DNA of 64,000 nt. Origin: Octopus vulgaris. Taxonomy: Eukaryota. The stretch spans positions 22,196,001-22,260,000 of the forward strand of contig OX597840.1 of the NCBI GenBank assembly GCA_951406725.2, in the 5' to 3' direction. Below, piece after piece: positions 53,492 to 62,377 of this stretch. How positions within the stretch are numbered: the first letter of the stretch is position 1; each line of letters starts with the position of its first letter. The translations under genes and the position numbers were made by a program. Under the pieces are notes generated by a model, which worked only from the letters and a program-made list of their open reading frames with translations, was not told the DNA's origin and made no database searches.

Positions 53492-56400
53492 ATTCATGTA
53501 TCTCCTTTTCTCTTCCTCTCATTCTCACTCACACATGCTCACTCTCTTTCTCTCTCTCTTTATTTCTCCTTTTCTATCACTTTCTCTCTGTATCTCTCTT
53601 TTTCTCTCACTTTCACATATTCTCTCTTCTTCTCTCATACTAACATGCTCTTTCTCTTCCCCCCTCTCTCTCTTTCTGTCTATCTTTTTCTCTCTCTCTT
53701 CCCCTCTCTCTCTCTCTCTATCTTTTTCTCCCTCCCTCTCTCTCACTTTCTCCCTCTGTCTCTCTTTCACTCACTCTTATACTAACACATGTTCTCTCTC
53801 TTTCTCTCTCCCCTTTATTGCTTCAGGTGATAAGTCAACATGCCTTTCCTCCTTTGCGTGGCATCTCTCTGAAGACAATCGCTTCCTCACCATTCGACCC
53901 AATGGAATAATGACCGATGAGAAGATTTGTAACCAAATTGCTCTGGTAAGTTACTTCTCCATCTTTGAATTTTTGTTGTTGTTGTTGTTGTAGTAGCAGC
54001 AGCAGTAGCAGCAGCAGCAGCATTGTTGTATAACTCCACATCAACTGTAATGTGTCAGACCAGTTATCAAGAGTTCCAGCTGAGATTATCCATTCTTAGA
54101 GTCAACAAGTTCATCTAGGACTACATTATCTAATGTGTCCCCTATTTTTTGTTGTTTTTTAACCCTAAGTCACACCTGTATTATGAAAGGTGTTACTGTT
54201 TTCATCCGTAAAAAGGTAAAAGACCCCCCTCCTCCTTCCTTCAGTCATGAATATCTTTACCGCCTTTTGTTACAGGATTGGTCGAATGAATTTAATTTAA
54301 CAGAAGTTTCTGGGAAGAAGAAAGAAGACATTCACCTTTGCAAAGAACTCCTCAAAGAAGACATTGGCATGATTATGAAGAATCGAGCCATGCTTGAATA
54401 TGGAATGGAGGTAAGTCCCCCCTAATTACGCTAGCCATGACGTTGTTGTTGTTGTTCTTGTTGTAAATCTCAACTTACTGTAGGTGGTGGCGGTGGCGGC
54501 AGTGGTGGTGCTTAACCTCTCAAGTTGGCCCTGATCCTTCAGACCTACGATAAAAGCAATATGAGGGGGTCTGAAGAATTCCTAGTTTTAGGGAAAAGAG
54601 AATACAAGGAGGATCGGTTAATTATGATTTTAGAGTTCTATATTTAAGAGATGAGGAATTATGTACATTATTTACATCCTTCAGTTTTTCTAATCCCTGT
54701 AAAGGAACTTGGATGGTTGGGTCTCCAACCAGGCCTTTTGTGATACCCTTAAAGCCAGGGACTTTTCAGCACTCCCTCATATATTCGCACATTTTCTCAT
54801 TGTCCTCATTGTTCTTAATAATTAAAGTCAGTGAAGAAAAGGAATGGATATATTAAGGAACTGAAGATGTATAAGGATCTTCAGGAGAGCAGGTATTGGA
54901 CCTTTTTTATAAAAGGTATTTAAGGTAGAAATATTTGTGTTGGATGTCAGTAGGTATGAAGTGAATATATATTCACCTCTTCAGCAAGACACTTGCTCTT
55001 GGCCTTCTATCATACATTTATAACCTTCAGTATTATAAAGGATTTGATGCCACTTACAACTACCTTTGCATCTTCTGTCTGATAATATTTTTGTTAGTCC
55101 AACCTATACTTTTCCTACAGTTACTAACTCTTTTTGGCTTGGACTCTTTCTCCCCATCATTTGGTGTGGGAGTTTAGGTATCTGGTCCAGTCTGAGCACT
55201 TTTTGTCTTTATCTATTAAACACCTTTTTTTTTATGCATCCTTACTCGTGGTTAATCCATATTATTCTATAAGGAGTTTAGGGCCACAACCATTTCATGC
55301 CAGTGGATGTAATCTTGGGGCTACCTCCTTGATTTCAGATCAAGATAGACTGATTGCTTTTACTTCATCCTCCACGCATCCTTTCCAGGTCTTCTCAGGT
55401 CATTCAACTTTCCTCTTCTCTTCAGGTTGCCAGTCTAACACTTGTCTTGAAATGCCCTTTGGAGGTCCCCTTAGTCTGTGACCAGTTCACCTCCATTTCC
55501 TTTTCTTACTCACAACACACACACACACATATACATTGTAGTTTTATGTATCCATGCAAACGGGGAGAAAATGAAAGGGGAATTTTCCCTATTGTTTGTA
55601 TCCTACATAAGTTTGATCTGTTTATATAGAAACTCCTTTATATTTATACTTAAGTATTTATCATCTGAAAGTTTTCAGTCTTTGCTTTCTCTTTGTATAC
55701 ATTTGTACATATTTTGTATGTCAAACCTAAGCTGTTATATTTAATTTGTTGCCTCCGTACCTGCTCACCTAGATTCCTCTTATTGCCACTCTTTACTCTG
55801 CAGAATTGGTCTCTCATAAAAACATTGGAGTCTAAATTGAAATCATTTGAGCTCTACTAAGTGTTTTCTATACTGAGACTCTCTGCATCTCTCATCTGTT
55901 GACTGCATATTGTCATTTTATATTTTTAGATTGATAAACCGTGGAAAAGTGCTGAAATAGTACAAGATGACAAAGTGCTTTCACGGCTGTGGACGTGGAT
56001 GGCAAGTATCCTTTGAATTCCGTTTGAAAATTACAGATGACACGGAGAATTTTCTGACAATATTTTATTGGTGGTTTAATGTGTATTGTGTTGTATACCT
56101 TAGAAAAGATGACTTCACATTCCTGCCTTGAATTTCATGATTGTGAGACCCAGAATTTGGAGCAAGTGTTAGTGCAATTTGATTAAGGTTTGGCAGCTGT
56201 TTTGTGGGGCTGAGGTAGGTCAGAAGTGTAGGGTCAGTGATGTAACGCAAACAACCAAGGGGCCTTATTGGAAGGTGAGGGGTGACGGAGGTCATGTGAA
56301 CAGAAGCACAACTAGCAAGGGCCTCTTTTGCCTTGGGGCTCTCGTATGAGATGGATGTATTTGGCTGCATGAGTTGAGGGAATTTGCCTATAGATTCTGG

Positions 56401-59400
56401 CCAGAGGTTAGGTGTGTGGGGCTCCAGTGGATATTTATCCCCACTGGAAAGGATCAATGCTAAGAAAGAACCTGCAAGATAGGTGATTTGCACTTCCCTC
56501 CAACATTGATGTCATACACCTTGATTTCAGCAAGGCATTTGACAGGGTGGACCACAAAATCCTGCTGAAGAAACTGTCCAACATTGGAGTCTGTAGAAAG
56601 CTGCTGCAGTGGATAAAGTGTTTCCTGATGAACAGGACCCAACATGTGGTTGAGGGAATCCAATGAAGCTCAGCCAAAGTCAGTAGTGGTGTCCCACAAG
56701 GTACAATGTTGGGCCCACTACTCTTCATTAGCTACATCAGTGACATAGTCGGATTTGCTGTTGTCCAATGGGTGGAAAAGAGAATACTCTGAAACTACCA
56801 TATGCTCTTCCCTTGGGTGACTCCCTAGTGTCATCCAACAACACTAGAGACCTTGGAGTAATTGTTGATAACAATCTGAGCTGGAGTTCACACGTAAACA
56901 GCAAGTTTGACTTGGCCCACAAGATGTGCTCCTGGATTCTGAGAACTTTCTAGTCTAGAGATGCTCACACCATCATCCTTCTCTACTCTACTTTTGCCCA
57001 ACCCCACCTTGAATACTGTTGCCCACTGTGGTCTCCCTGCATGAAGCAAAGCATTATGAAAGTGGAAGCACTCCAGAAGTCAATAACAATGCCACTGTGA
57101 GTGCCACATCATTTGTGTGGTATGAAAAATATTCCATCAATATTGCACAACTGGTGTTAACATCAGTTTTAAAATTCACCCAAGACTTGGCCCCTGTGCA
57201 AATCGAACTCAAGACACATGGCAACATTACAACACAACTATTTTATCTCAAGCGGCTCTCATTAATATTATATCAAAAGGGAAACAGATCCCATAAACAT
57301 TATTTACATTTGACAGATATTTGTCCTCATCTTGTTTGTTGTTAACACAACGTTTCGGCTGATATAGCCTCCAGCCTTCATCAGGTGTAGATCCCATAAA
57401 ATTCAAAAGTTCTTTGGACAAATTTCTCAAAAAAATCCCGGACCAACCTCCTACACCCAGATATGTCTCCAACAATAATAACTCTTTGCTAGAGGGGCCC
57501 ATGGTGTCCCATATATGACTAAAAGTCTTCACCAGGTGGTGCTATTAAATCAGACATGGCCTGGGACTAGACTGGCCGAAACCTAAGTTATTTAAGTTAC
57601 TTTGATTTAGAGTTTTTCAGTGAAGGTTTTAAAAACTATTTTAACTTCCTTCAGTTTATTTTCAGTTTCCAATATCTGCTGTGTGTTGCGCACAAATCTT
57701 TATTAATTACCAAATTTGTTTGTTTGTGATTAATAATGTTTATTTGTAAGAAACTGGTCCATCGTTTCCTTAACTGTTGTTTATCCCAGTGTGTAAAGAT
57801 AGAATTAGAGATAAGATGAGAAAAACTGAGCAGAATTGCTATTATGGAGTTGAGAGTGTTCTGTTAAACTTGAAGAGTAAAGAAACACGAGAAAAATGGC
57901 AGGGACTTGAAGATAACGAAACATGTGCCAAATATGTTTATCGCAGCGAGGAGAGGTAAGAGGTGCTTTTTATTGGGGTTTTTATTTTCCTTAATAATTT
58001 TGTCAGTAAATGTGTCAGTGGCACAGTAGATGATGATGATAGTGGCCTATCATCATCATCATCATCCTTTAATATCCATTTTCCATGCTGGCATGAGTTG
58101 GATGGTTTGACCAGAGCTGGCAAGCAGAAGAGCTGCACCAGGTTCCAGTCTGATTTGGTTTGGTGTCTACAGCTGGATGCCTTTCCTAATGCCAACCACT
58201 TTACAGTTTGTGATGGGTGCATTTAATGTGGCACCAACACAGGACACATGCAGGCCAATCCCTTTCAGCAGAGGGTGGGGTGGTCTTAACATTTCTACTG
58301 TACAGGACAGGTCTTCTTGAGCACAGCAAAGTATCAGACGTCTCGGTCCTTTGTCATCTTATCTGAAAGGTCCAGCGTCCTCAGGTCGTCCTTCAGCACT
58401 TTGTCCCATGTCTCTCTGGATCTCCCTCTTCCACATGTTTCATCCACTTTGACTTCTTCGTGGAGCTGTCAGCATCCCTCTGCATCACATGGCCAAACCA
58501 GTGCAGTCATCTCTCTTCTACACTGTATCTAATTCCTCTTATTCCTAACTCCTCTCACACACGTACCCTTACACATCCAGTGGGGCACACTAGGCTCATT
58601 TCTCTCTAGTCTTCAGAAATGTTACTGTGGCCCAGTGGACAGGGTTATGCCTGTTGACCAGGCATTGCTGAGTGGTTATGATGATTGTTTTGTGATCATG
58701 AAGCCCCAGGTTCAATCCCACTACATGGCATCTTGCTATGAGTCTGAGAGTTTGTTGTTGCAGACTTTTTTTCTACATCCAGAGGCATTTCCTGTCCCCA
58801 ACTGTCACTTGATTCTGGGCAAGGTAACATTTTGTTTTAACCGGAGGTGTTTTCATTTATTCTCAGTCCCCCCCCCTCTCTACCTGAATTTAGAGCAATC
58901 CATATATTTTTGTCTTATTTACTATGTTCTTACAGGTACCATGTTCTGCAGATGTGTGGCTGGGACAATCTACAAAATCCAACTGGAATAAGTGAGTTCA
59001 GGAAAAGGTGAGTTACTTCCATTGGCTGTGTTATTTTGGTGAGAGAGAACTATGGATAATTGCATATATATGACTAGATGACTGTATATATGTATGTGTA
59101 TATATCTGTATGTGACAATTATTCGGTAGCCATGATAAAACTGAGTTTCGGACATTGGGGCAGAAACCCACGCCAGCATCTCTTCAGTTATCTGACCATC
59201 GAAAAAAAGATCTATGAAAATGACCGTTAAAACAAAAGAAAATTACTGTGTGATTGACCGTTATTAAGACAAAAGAACTATTAGAATGACCGCTAAGTAA
59301 GAGGAGGGAGTAAAAATGCTCATTGTAAGTGCACATGTCCGTACATACACATGCGTGTCTGTACACCCACGTACATGCACCTACATGTATATACACATCC

Positions 59401-62377
59401 ACCCTCACTAGAAACACACACAAATGCTCACCCACACATTCGTCAAACAATATATACATACACGATCATGCGCACAAAAAAATGTTCATTCACACATCTA
59501 TATACGCACATGTACAAGAAAAAACGGCAAAAAAAGGCAAAATACGGGAAAATGTGTAAAAAAGTGTAAAAAATAAGCAATAAGAGTAAGACACATCTAT
59601 ATACGCACATACTCGCATGCACACACACACGTCTAATATATACACATACCTACACACATCTATATATACACACACATACGCACAAATAAAATTCATACAC
59701 GTATATATATGCACATACACAAAAAAAAACAGGGCTAAAGGCAAAATACAGAAAAATGTGTAAAAAAAAAGGTGTAAGATGGGAACCAAAATCTTCAAAG
59801 TCACCAGAAGAGGAAAAGAAGAAAACAAACAAGAGGAGAGAATGCCATCAATTCTTCTCTGCAAGAATTGGTCTACAGAGTGATCAACAGCGTCACCATA
59901 AAGGAAGCGTTTGACAAAGAAAAATCTAAATTCTTGAATACAAGATAAAGCTGCCATCACCAACAACAATTAGAAAATATTATGGTGCGTTTGGTGGTTA
60001 CATGAAGTTTGCGATGAACCACCGATGGCACATGTGGGGATTACGTTAATGTTTCTATATTTATTGTGAATTCGTTTGTGTCTTGTATATTCTTCTTTCT
60101 GTTTGTAGACTCCAGAAACAAGGGGAATACGAGAGGGCAGCGGCCATAGCTTTATTTAACCTCCACATAACATTAGCTTTGGCTATTCTCAACGATGAAC
60201 GATCCCCTTCTTCAGATGAAGGTAAATTAACGTCATTTCTCTGTGTGTGTGGTGAAAGTGCATGGCTCAGTGGTTAGAGTGTCAGGCTAACGTGAGGTTG
60301 TGAGTTCGATTCCCAGACCAGTCTGTGTGTTGTGTTCTTGAGCAAGACACTTCATTTCATGTTGCTCCAGTTCACTCAGCTGTAGACATAAGTTGAGACA
60401 TCATTAGTGCCAAGCTGTATTGGCCTCTTTGCCTTTTCCTTGGATAACATTGATGGCATGTCCTCAGTCAACTGAGCACCCACTACACTCTTGGAGTGGT
60501 TGGCGTTAGGAAGGGCATCTATCTGTAGAAACTCTGCCAGATCACTTCCTAACGCCAACCACTCCAAGAGTGTAGTGGGTGCTTTTACGTGCCACTGGCA
60601 TGAGGGCCAGTCAAGCGCTACTGACGACGGCCACGCTCAAATGGTGTTTTTTATGTGGCACCTGCACAGGAGTCAGTGTGGGGACTGAGGGGAAAATAAG
60701 AAGGGCAACTAAACCCTTCAAGGCAATGCCCCAGCATGGCCGCATTCAAGTAACTGGAACAAAAGATAAAAGATATTAATTATTATCTTTCATATCCTGT
60801 TCCCCCTGCTGCTTTTTTTTTCTTTTGAAATTCATTCATTTATGTTTTATTTCTCAGAATCTGACCGCAGTTTGGCGTTGGTGGGCATGGCACTGGCTGG
60901 TTTTACAGAGAACAAAGATGCCCTCTGGCAGAAAATGTGCCGCAATTTCAGACGACAGTTAACAAATCCTTACCTAAGAGCTATGTTTTGGTTCCTTTCC
61001 TCATCAGAAACTGATAACTACAAAGAAATATTGGTGAGTTTTGTTGTTGTTGTTCATGTTTTTATACTTGTAGTATTCCTGCAATTATGTTTTCTTGTTG
61101 TGTACATGCTTTGTGTGTGTTTCTTTTTCACTTCTTTCAGTCATTAGACTGAACTCCCTCTTGCAGAGACAAGGGTCAGTTGTAGTGAGCAGTAGCAGTG
61201 ATATACAAACAACAGGATGGTCATGGCTGGAACTCATAAGTCATCTTGATCAGAGTTGACTCAGCACTAAATAACAATAAAATATGATATAACCAAACCT
61301 CTGTGAGGGGTTGGTGTTAGGAAGGGCATCCAGCTGTGAAAACCCTGCCAAAACAGATAGCAAAGCCTGGTGCAGTCTTCTGCCTGACGGCCAGCTCCTA
61401 TAGGACCGTCCAACCCATGCCAGCATGGAAAGCAGACATCAAATGCGGATAATAAGGATTATGAAATCTTGTGCATGCATTCATGAATGCATACAAGGCT
61501 TCTTTTCCGTTTCTACTGACCAAATCCATTCACAAGGCTATGGTCATCTTGGGCCTAGAGTAGAAGACACTTGTACAAGGTGCCATGCAATGGGACTCAA
61601 TCAAGAGCCATGTGGTTGAGAAACAGTCTTCTTACTACTCAACCCTGCTCAATTCTGTAAAAGACTTTTGGAAAGATTTTGTGTGCTGTGTGTTCTTGAT
61701 TTTGGTCTCAGTCACAATCAATAATATTATAATGACCTTATGACATTTTCTCTTTCCAGTTTGAAGAAGGAATGGCTGTTGGCGACCGGGTGGCATTTGC
61801 CTGCACTTTTCTTCCAGATGATTCTGTGAGTACCAGCTTGTCGTTTTTTATACATACATCATTCACATACACTCTCTAACTTTTGCATACACTCATATTT
61901 TCTCTCTCTCACACACATTCAGTCTTACACACTTATTGTATCATACACGCACCCTTTGTTCTACTCCTAGCTTCTCTCCCTCCCTCTTTTCCACTCTCCT
62001 CCCTTCTCTCCATCCAACTCCCACACAATGTCTTTCTTCTTCCTTTCTCTTATATCCCTCCATTCTCTTCTTTAGTTCTCTCTCCATCTTTCTTCTCTTT
62101 CCTTCCTCTCTTCACACAGAGCACAGGAATAACATTCACCTCCTCCCTTCTCACCTCCCAGACCACACTTGACCACAGAAGACATCAAAAAACCTACACA
62201 CTTCCTCCCACTTTGCCCCCCCACCACCACCACCACACCCACACACTAACCAAAACACTAATCACTTCCATTGGTCATTTTGCCATTTCTGGATCTCATT
62301 TCAGTTGATAGAATACATCCAGTCTTTATCCAATCAGTTGGTGCTGGCTGGAAATTTGGACGGCATCTTGCTCACTG
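35258..62377 (+). CDS. MIOS: GATOR2 complex protein MIOS (WD40 beta-propeller + alpha-solenoid), coding exons 1-21, 3'-incomplete
   Basis: 21 phase-consistent exons (1936 nt) colinear with recalled metazoan MIOS: RQCNYLAWNP, LAAGLEK, SFAWH, GEYERAAAIALFNL, MALAGFTE...NPYLRAMF, DRVAFAC, AGNLDGILLTG. The C-terminal Zn/RING region lies beyond the window. Confidence 0.95.
37018..37097 (+). CDS. MIOS: MIOS exon 2 (AKAVSLSG...DVQFMK)
   Basis: ttttcag| acceptor, |gttagt donor; phase consistent. Confidence 0.85.
37673..38070 (+). mobile_element. Helentron/HINE-like non-autonomous element
   Basis: ttattacctccgccaa start, subterminal inverted copy ttaacggaggt, gtctgtcc microsatellite, terminal ctag followed by a T-run. 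Confidence 0.65.
38098..38177 (+). CDS. MIOS: MIOS exon 3 (CVALYPRPEYPNLLAIGQVIGKILLT)
   Basis: Canonical splice sites; matches recalled CVAW...LLAVGQ. Confidence 0.9.
38571..39018. mobile_element. Palindromic MITE interrupted by a mariner-like insertion (38678-38896, TA duplication)
   Basis: atatccaacttaagat...gcataaaagcacacacata mirrored by tatgtgtgagcctttatgtatcaagtg...atcttaagttggatat. Confidence 0.7.
39375..39840 (+). mobile_element. Non-autonomous element with ~100-bp inverted arms enclosing a hammerhead (Penelope-like/retrozyme-like)
   Basis: Arms 39416-39520 and 39736-39838; direct repeat tttactaa at 39367-39374 and 39841-39848. Confidence 0.65.
39617..39669 (+). ncRNA. Type I hammerhead ribozyme (GUC cleavage triplet)
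   Basis: ggttacga-CTGAGGA-t-gag(ccaaagat)ctc-GAAActga-g-tcaGTC-ttgtgatc; stems I, II and III can all pair. Confidence 0.7.
39888..40545 (-). mobile_element. RTE-clade LINE fragment with inverted 5' segment
   Basis: Minus strand LRVYQTLATLILLYG...KAILQGT plus (GAT)n tail; plus strand 40295-40545 EVESFKYLGS. Confidence 0.7.
40660..40703 (+). CDS. MIOS: MIOS exon 4 (LGDVRNCDLAGKEF)
   Basis: aacag| acceptor, G|gtaggt donor; matches recalled DLIGKEF. Confidence 0.88.
41891..41949 (+). CDS. MIOS: MIOS exon 5 (AQRHTRQCNYLAWNPIESNL)
   Basis: Canonical splice sites; conserved motif. Confidence 0.92.
43316..43457 (+). CDS. MIOS: MIOS exon 6 (LAAGLEKNRHDGCIAIWD...KPYLDI)
   Basis: Canonical splice sites; WD repeat. 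Confidence 0.92.
44687..44785 (+). CDS. MIOS: MIOS exon 7 (GISEFSTSFCWQP...VYDIR)
   Basis: ctctag| acceptor, G|gtgagt donor. Confidence 0.92.
44927..45930 (-). mobile_element. Degenerate maT/mariner-like (DD37D-type) transposon
   Basis: Frameshifted IMVFG...GDVMPPF...YIKCLEEVVLPW, WHQDTAPC, WPLNSPDSNSLGY, RRFQSCLEAVVETNGDFIE. Confidence 0.8.
46705..46799 (+). CDS. MIOS: MIOS exon 8 (NTKALYGISIDPLFPNRVVSFTE)
   Basis: Canonical splice sites; matches recalled NTKAVQGVTVDP. Confidence 0.92.
47797..48033 (+). mobile_element. tRNA-derived SINE, family A (copies e.g. 3881-4090, 20628-20820 minus, 25784-26000 minus, 52683-53120 minus)
   Basis: ggcggcgagctg...gagttcaaattc...gaggtcaactttgcctttcatcctttcggggtcgataaa body repeated throughout the window. 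Confidence 0.85.
48167..48208 (+). CDS. MIOS: MIOS exon 9 (NQVFIWNLRNLDDP)
   Basis: tttcag| acceptor; U12-type donor |gtatcctttt. Confidence 0.9.
48209..50393 (+). other. U12-type (minor spliceosome) GT-AG intron, MIOS intron 9
   Basis: 5'SS GTATCCTTTT; branch-like TTCTTTAAC at 50374-50382 close to the AG. Confidence 0.85.
50394..50449 (+). CDS. MIOS: MIOS exon 10 (EFTISELKPVQKVSWCPTR)
   Basis: Matches recalled KPLTKVAWCPTR; CG|gtgagt donor. Confidence 0.92.
51205..51500 (-). mobile_element. tRNA-derived SINE (third family)
   Basis: Reverse strand tggcccagtggttagggcag...ggtttcgattccc A/B boxes; related 3' parts at 15900-16000 and 48500-48610. Confidence 0.7.
51759..51832 (+). CDS. MIOS: MIOS exon 11 (VGFLSILCKDSSTIQHCDIIHTSD)
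   Basis: Canonical splice sites; phase consistent. Confidence 0.9.
52363..52407 (+). CDS. MIOS: MIOS exon 12 (GPDDLEPAYIQRYTP)
   Basis: Canonical splice sites; matches recalled DETEPTIIER. Confidence 0.88.
52414..52548. repeat. (CAT/CAC)n trinucleotide repeat
   Basis: Intronic; explains the poly-His ORF. Confidence 0.95.
53320..53815. repeat. CT-rich low-complexity tract
   Basis: (CT)n-dominated sequence directly upstream of exon 13. Confidence 0.9.
53827..53945 (+). CDS. MIOS: MIOS exon 13 (CDKSTCLSSFAWH...NQIAL)
   Basis: cttcag| acceptor, |gtaagt donor; SFAWH motif. Confidence 0.92.
54276..54410 (+). CDS. MIOS: MIOS exon 14 (DWSNEF...EDIGMIMKNRAMLEYGME)
   Basis: Matches recalled DIATKMRLRALSRYG. 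Confidence 0.92.
55930..56005 (+). CDS. MIOS: MIOS exon 15 (IDKPWKS...LSRLWTWMA)
   Basis: tttttag| acceptor; U12-type donor A|gtatcctttg. Confidence 0.9.
56490..57600 (+). mobile_element. Degenerate CR1/Crack-like LINE RT fragments
   Basis: LDFSKAFDRVDH, SGVPQGTMLGPLLF, RDLGVIVD, PHLEYCCPLWSP, FKSSLDKFLKKIPDQP, with stops and frameshifts. Confidence 0.88.
57345..57388 (-). ncRNA. Minimal type I hammerhead ribozyme (Penelope-type, palindromic stem III)
   Basis: Minus strand acac-CTGATGA-a-ggctg(gaggctatat)cagcc-GAAAC-GTT-gtgt. Confidence 0.72.
57790..57955 (+). CDS. MIOS: MIOS exon 16 (MCKDRIRD...YYGVESVL...WQGL...RSEER)
   Basis: cccag| acceptor, AG|gtaaga donor; phases consistent. Confidence 0.9.
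58936..59007 (+). CDS. MIOS: MIOS exon 17 (YHVLQMCGWD...SEFRK)
   Basis: Matches recalled LQLCGW; AG|gtgagt donor gives the phase needed by exon 18. Confidence 0.9.
59134..59192 (-). ncRNA. Type I hammerhead ribozyme motif
   Basis: Minus strand gataa-CTGAAGA-(gatgctgg...ccaatgtcc hairpin)-GAAAC-tca-GTT-ttatc; perfect 5-bp stem I. Confidence 0.6.
60109..60221 (+). CDS. MIOS: MIOS exon 18 (LQKQGEYERAAAIALFNL...)
   Basis: Strongly conserved motif; canonical splice sites. Confidence 0.95.
60858..61033 (+). CDS. MIOS: MIOS exon 19 (SLALVGMALAGFTE...NPYLRAMFWFL...YKEIL)
   Basis: Strongly conserved; canonical splice sites. Confidence 0.95.
61760..61825 (+). CDS. MIOS: MIOS exon 20 (FEEGMAVGDRVAFACTFLPDDS)
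   Basis: DRVAFAC motif; canonical splice sites. Confidence 0.95.
62305..62377 (+). CDS. MIOS: MIOS exon 21 (LIEYIQSL...AGNLDGILLTG)
   Basis: AGNLxGILLTG motif; G|gtaagt donor. Confidence 0.95.

Larger units (their letters stand above)
56006..57789 (+). other. U12-type (minor spliceosome) GT-AG intron, MIOS intron 15
   Basis: 5'SS GTATCCTTT; consensus branch site TTTCCTTAAC at 57765-57774. Confidence 0.92.

Noticed and set aside
54955-54990. CTGAAGA followed by a hairpin on the minus strand
   Set aside because: No GAAA after the stem; a simple AT palindrome.
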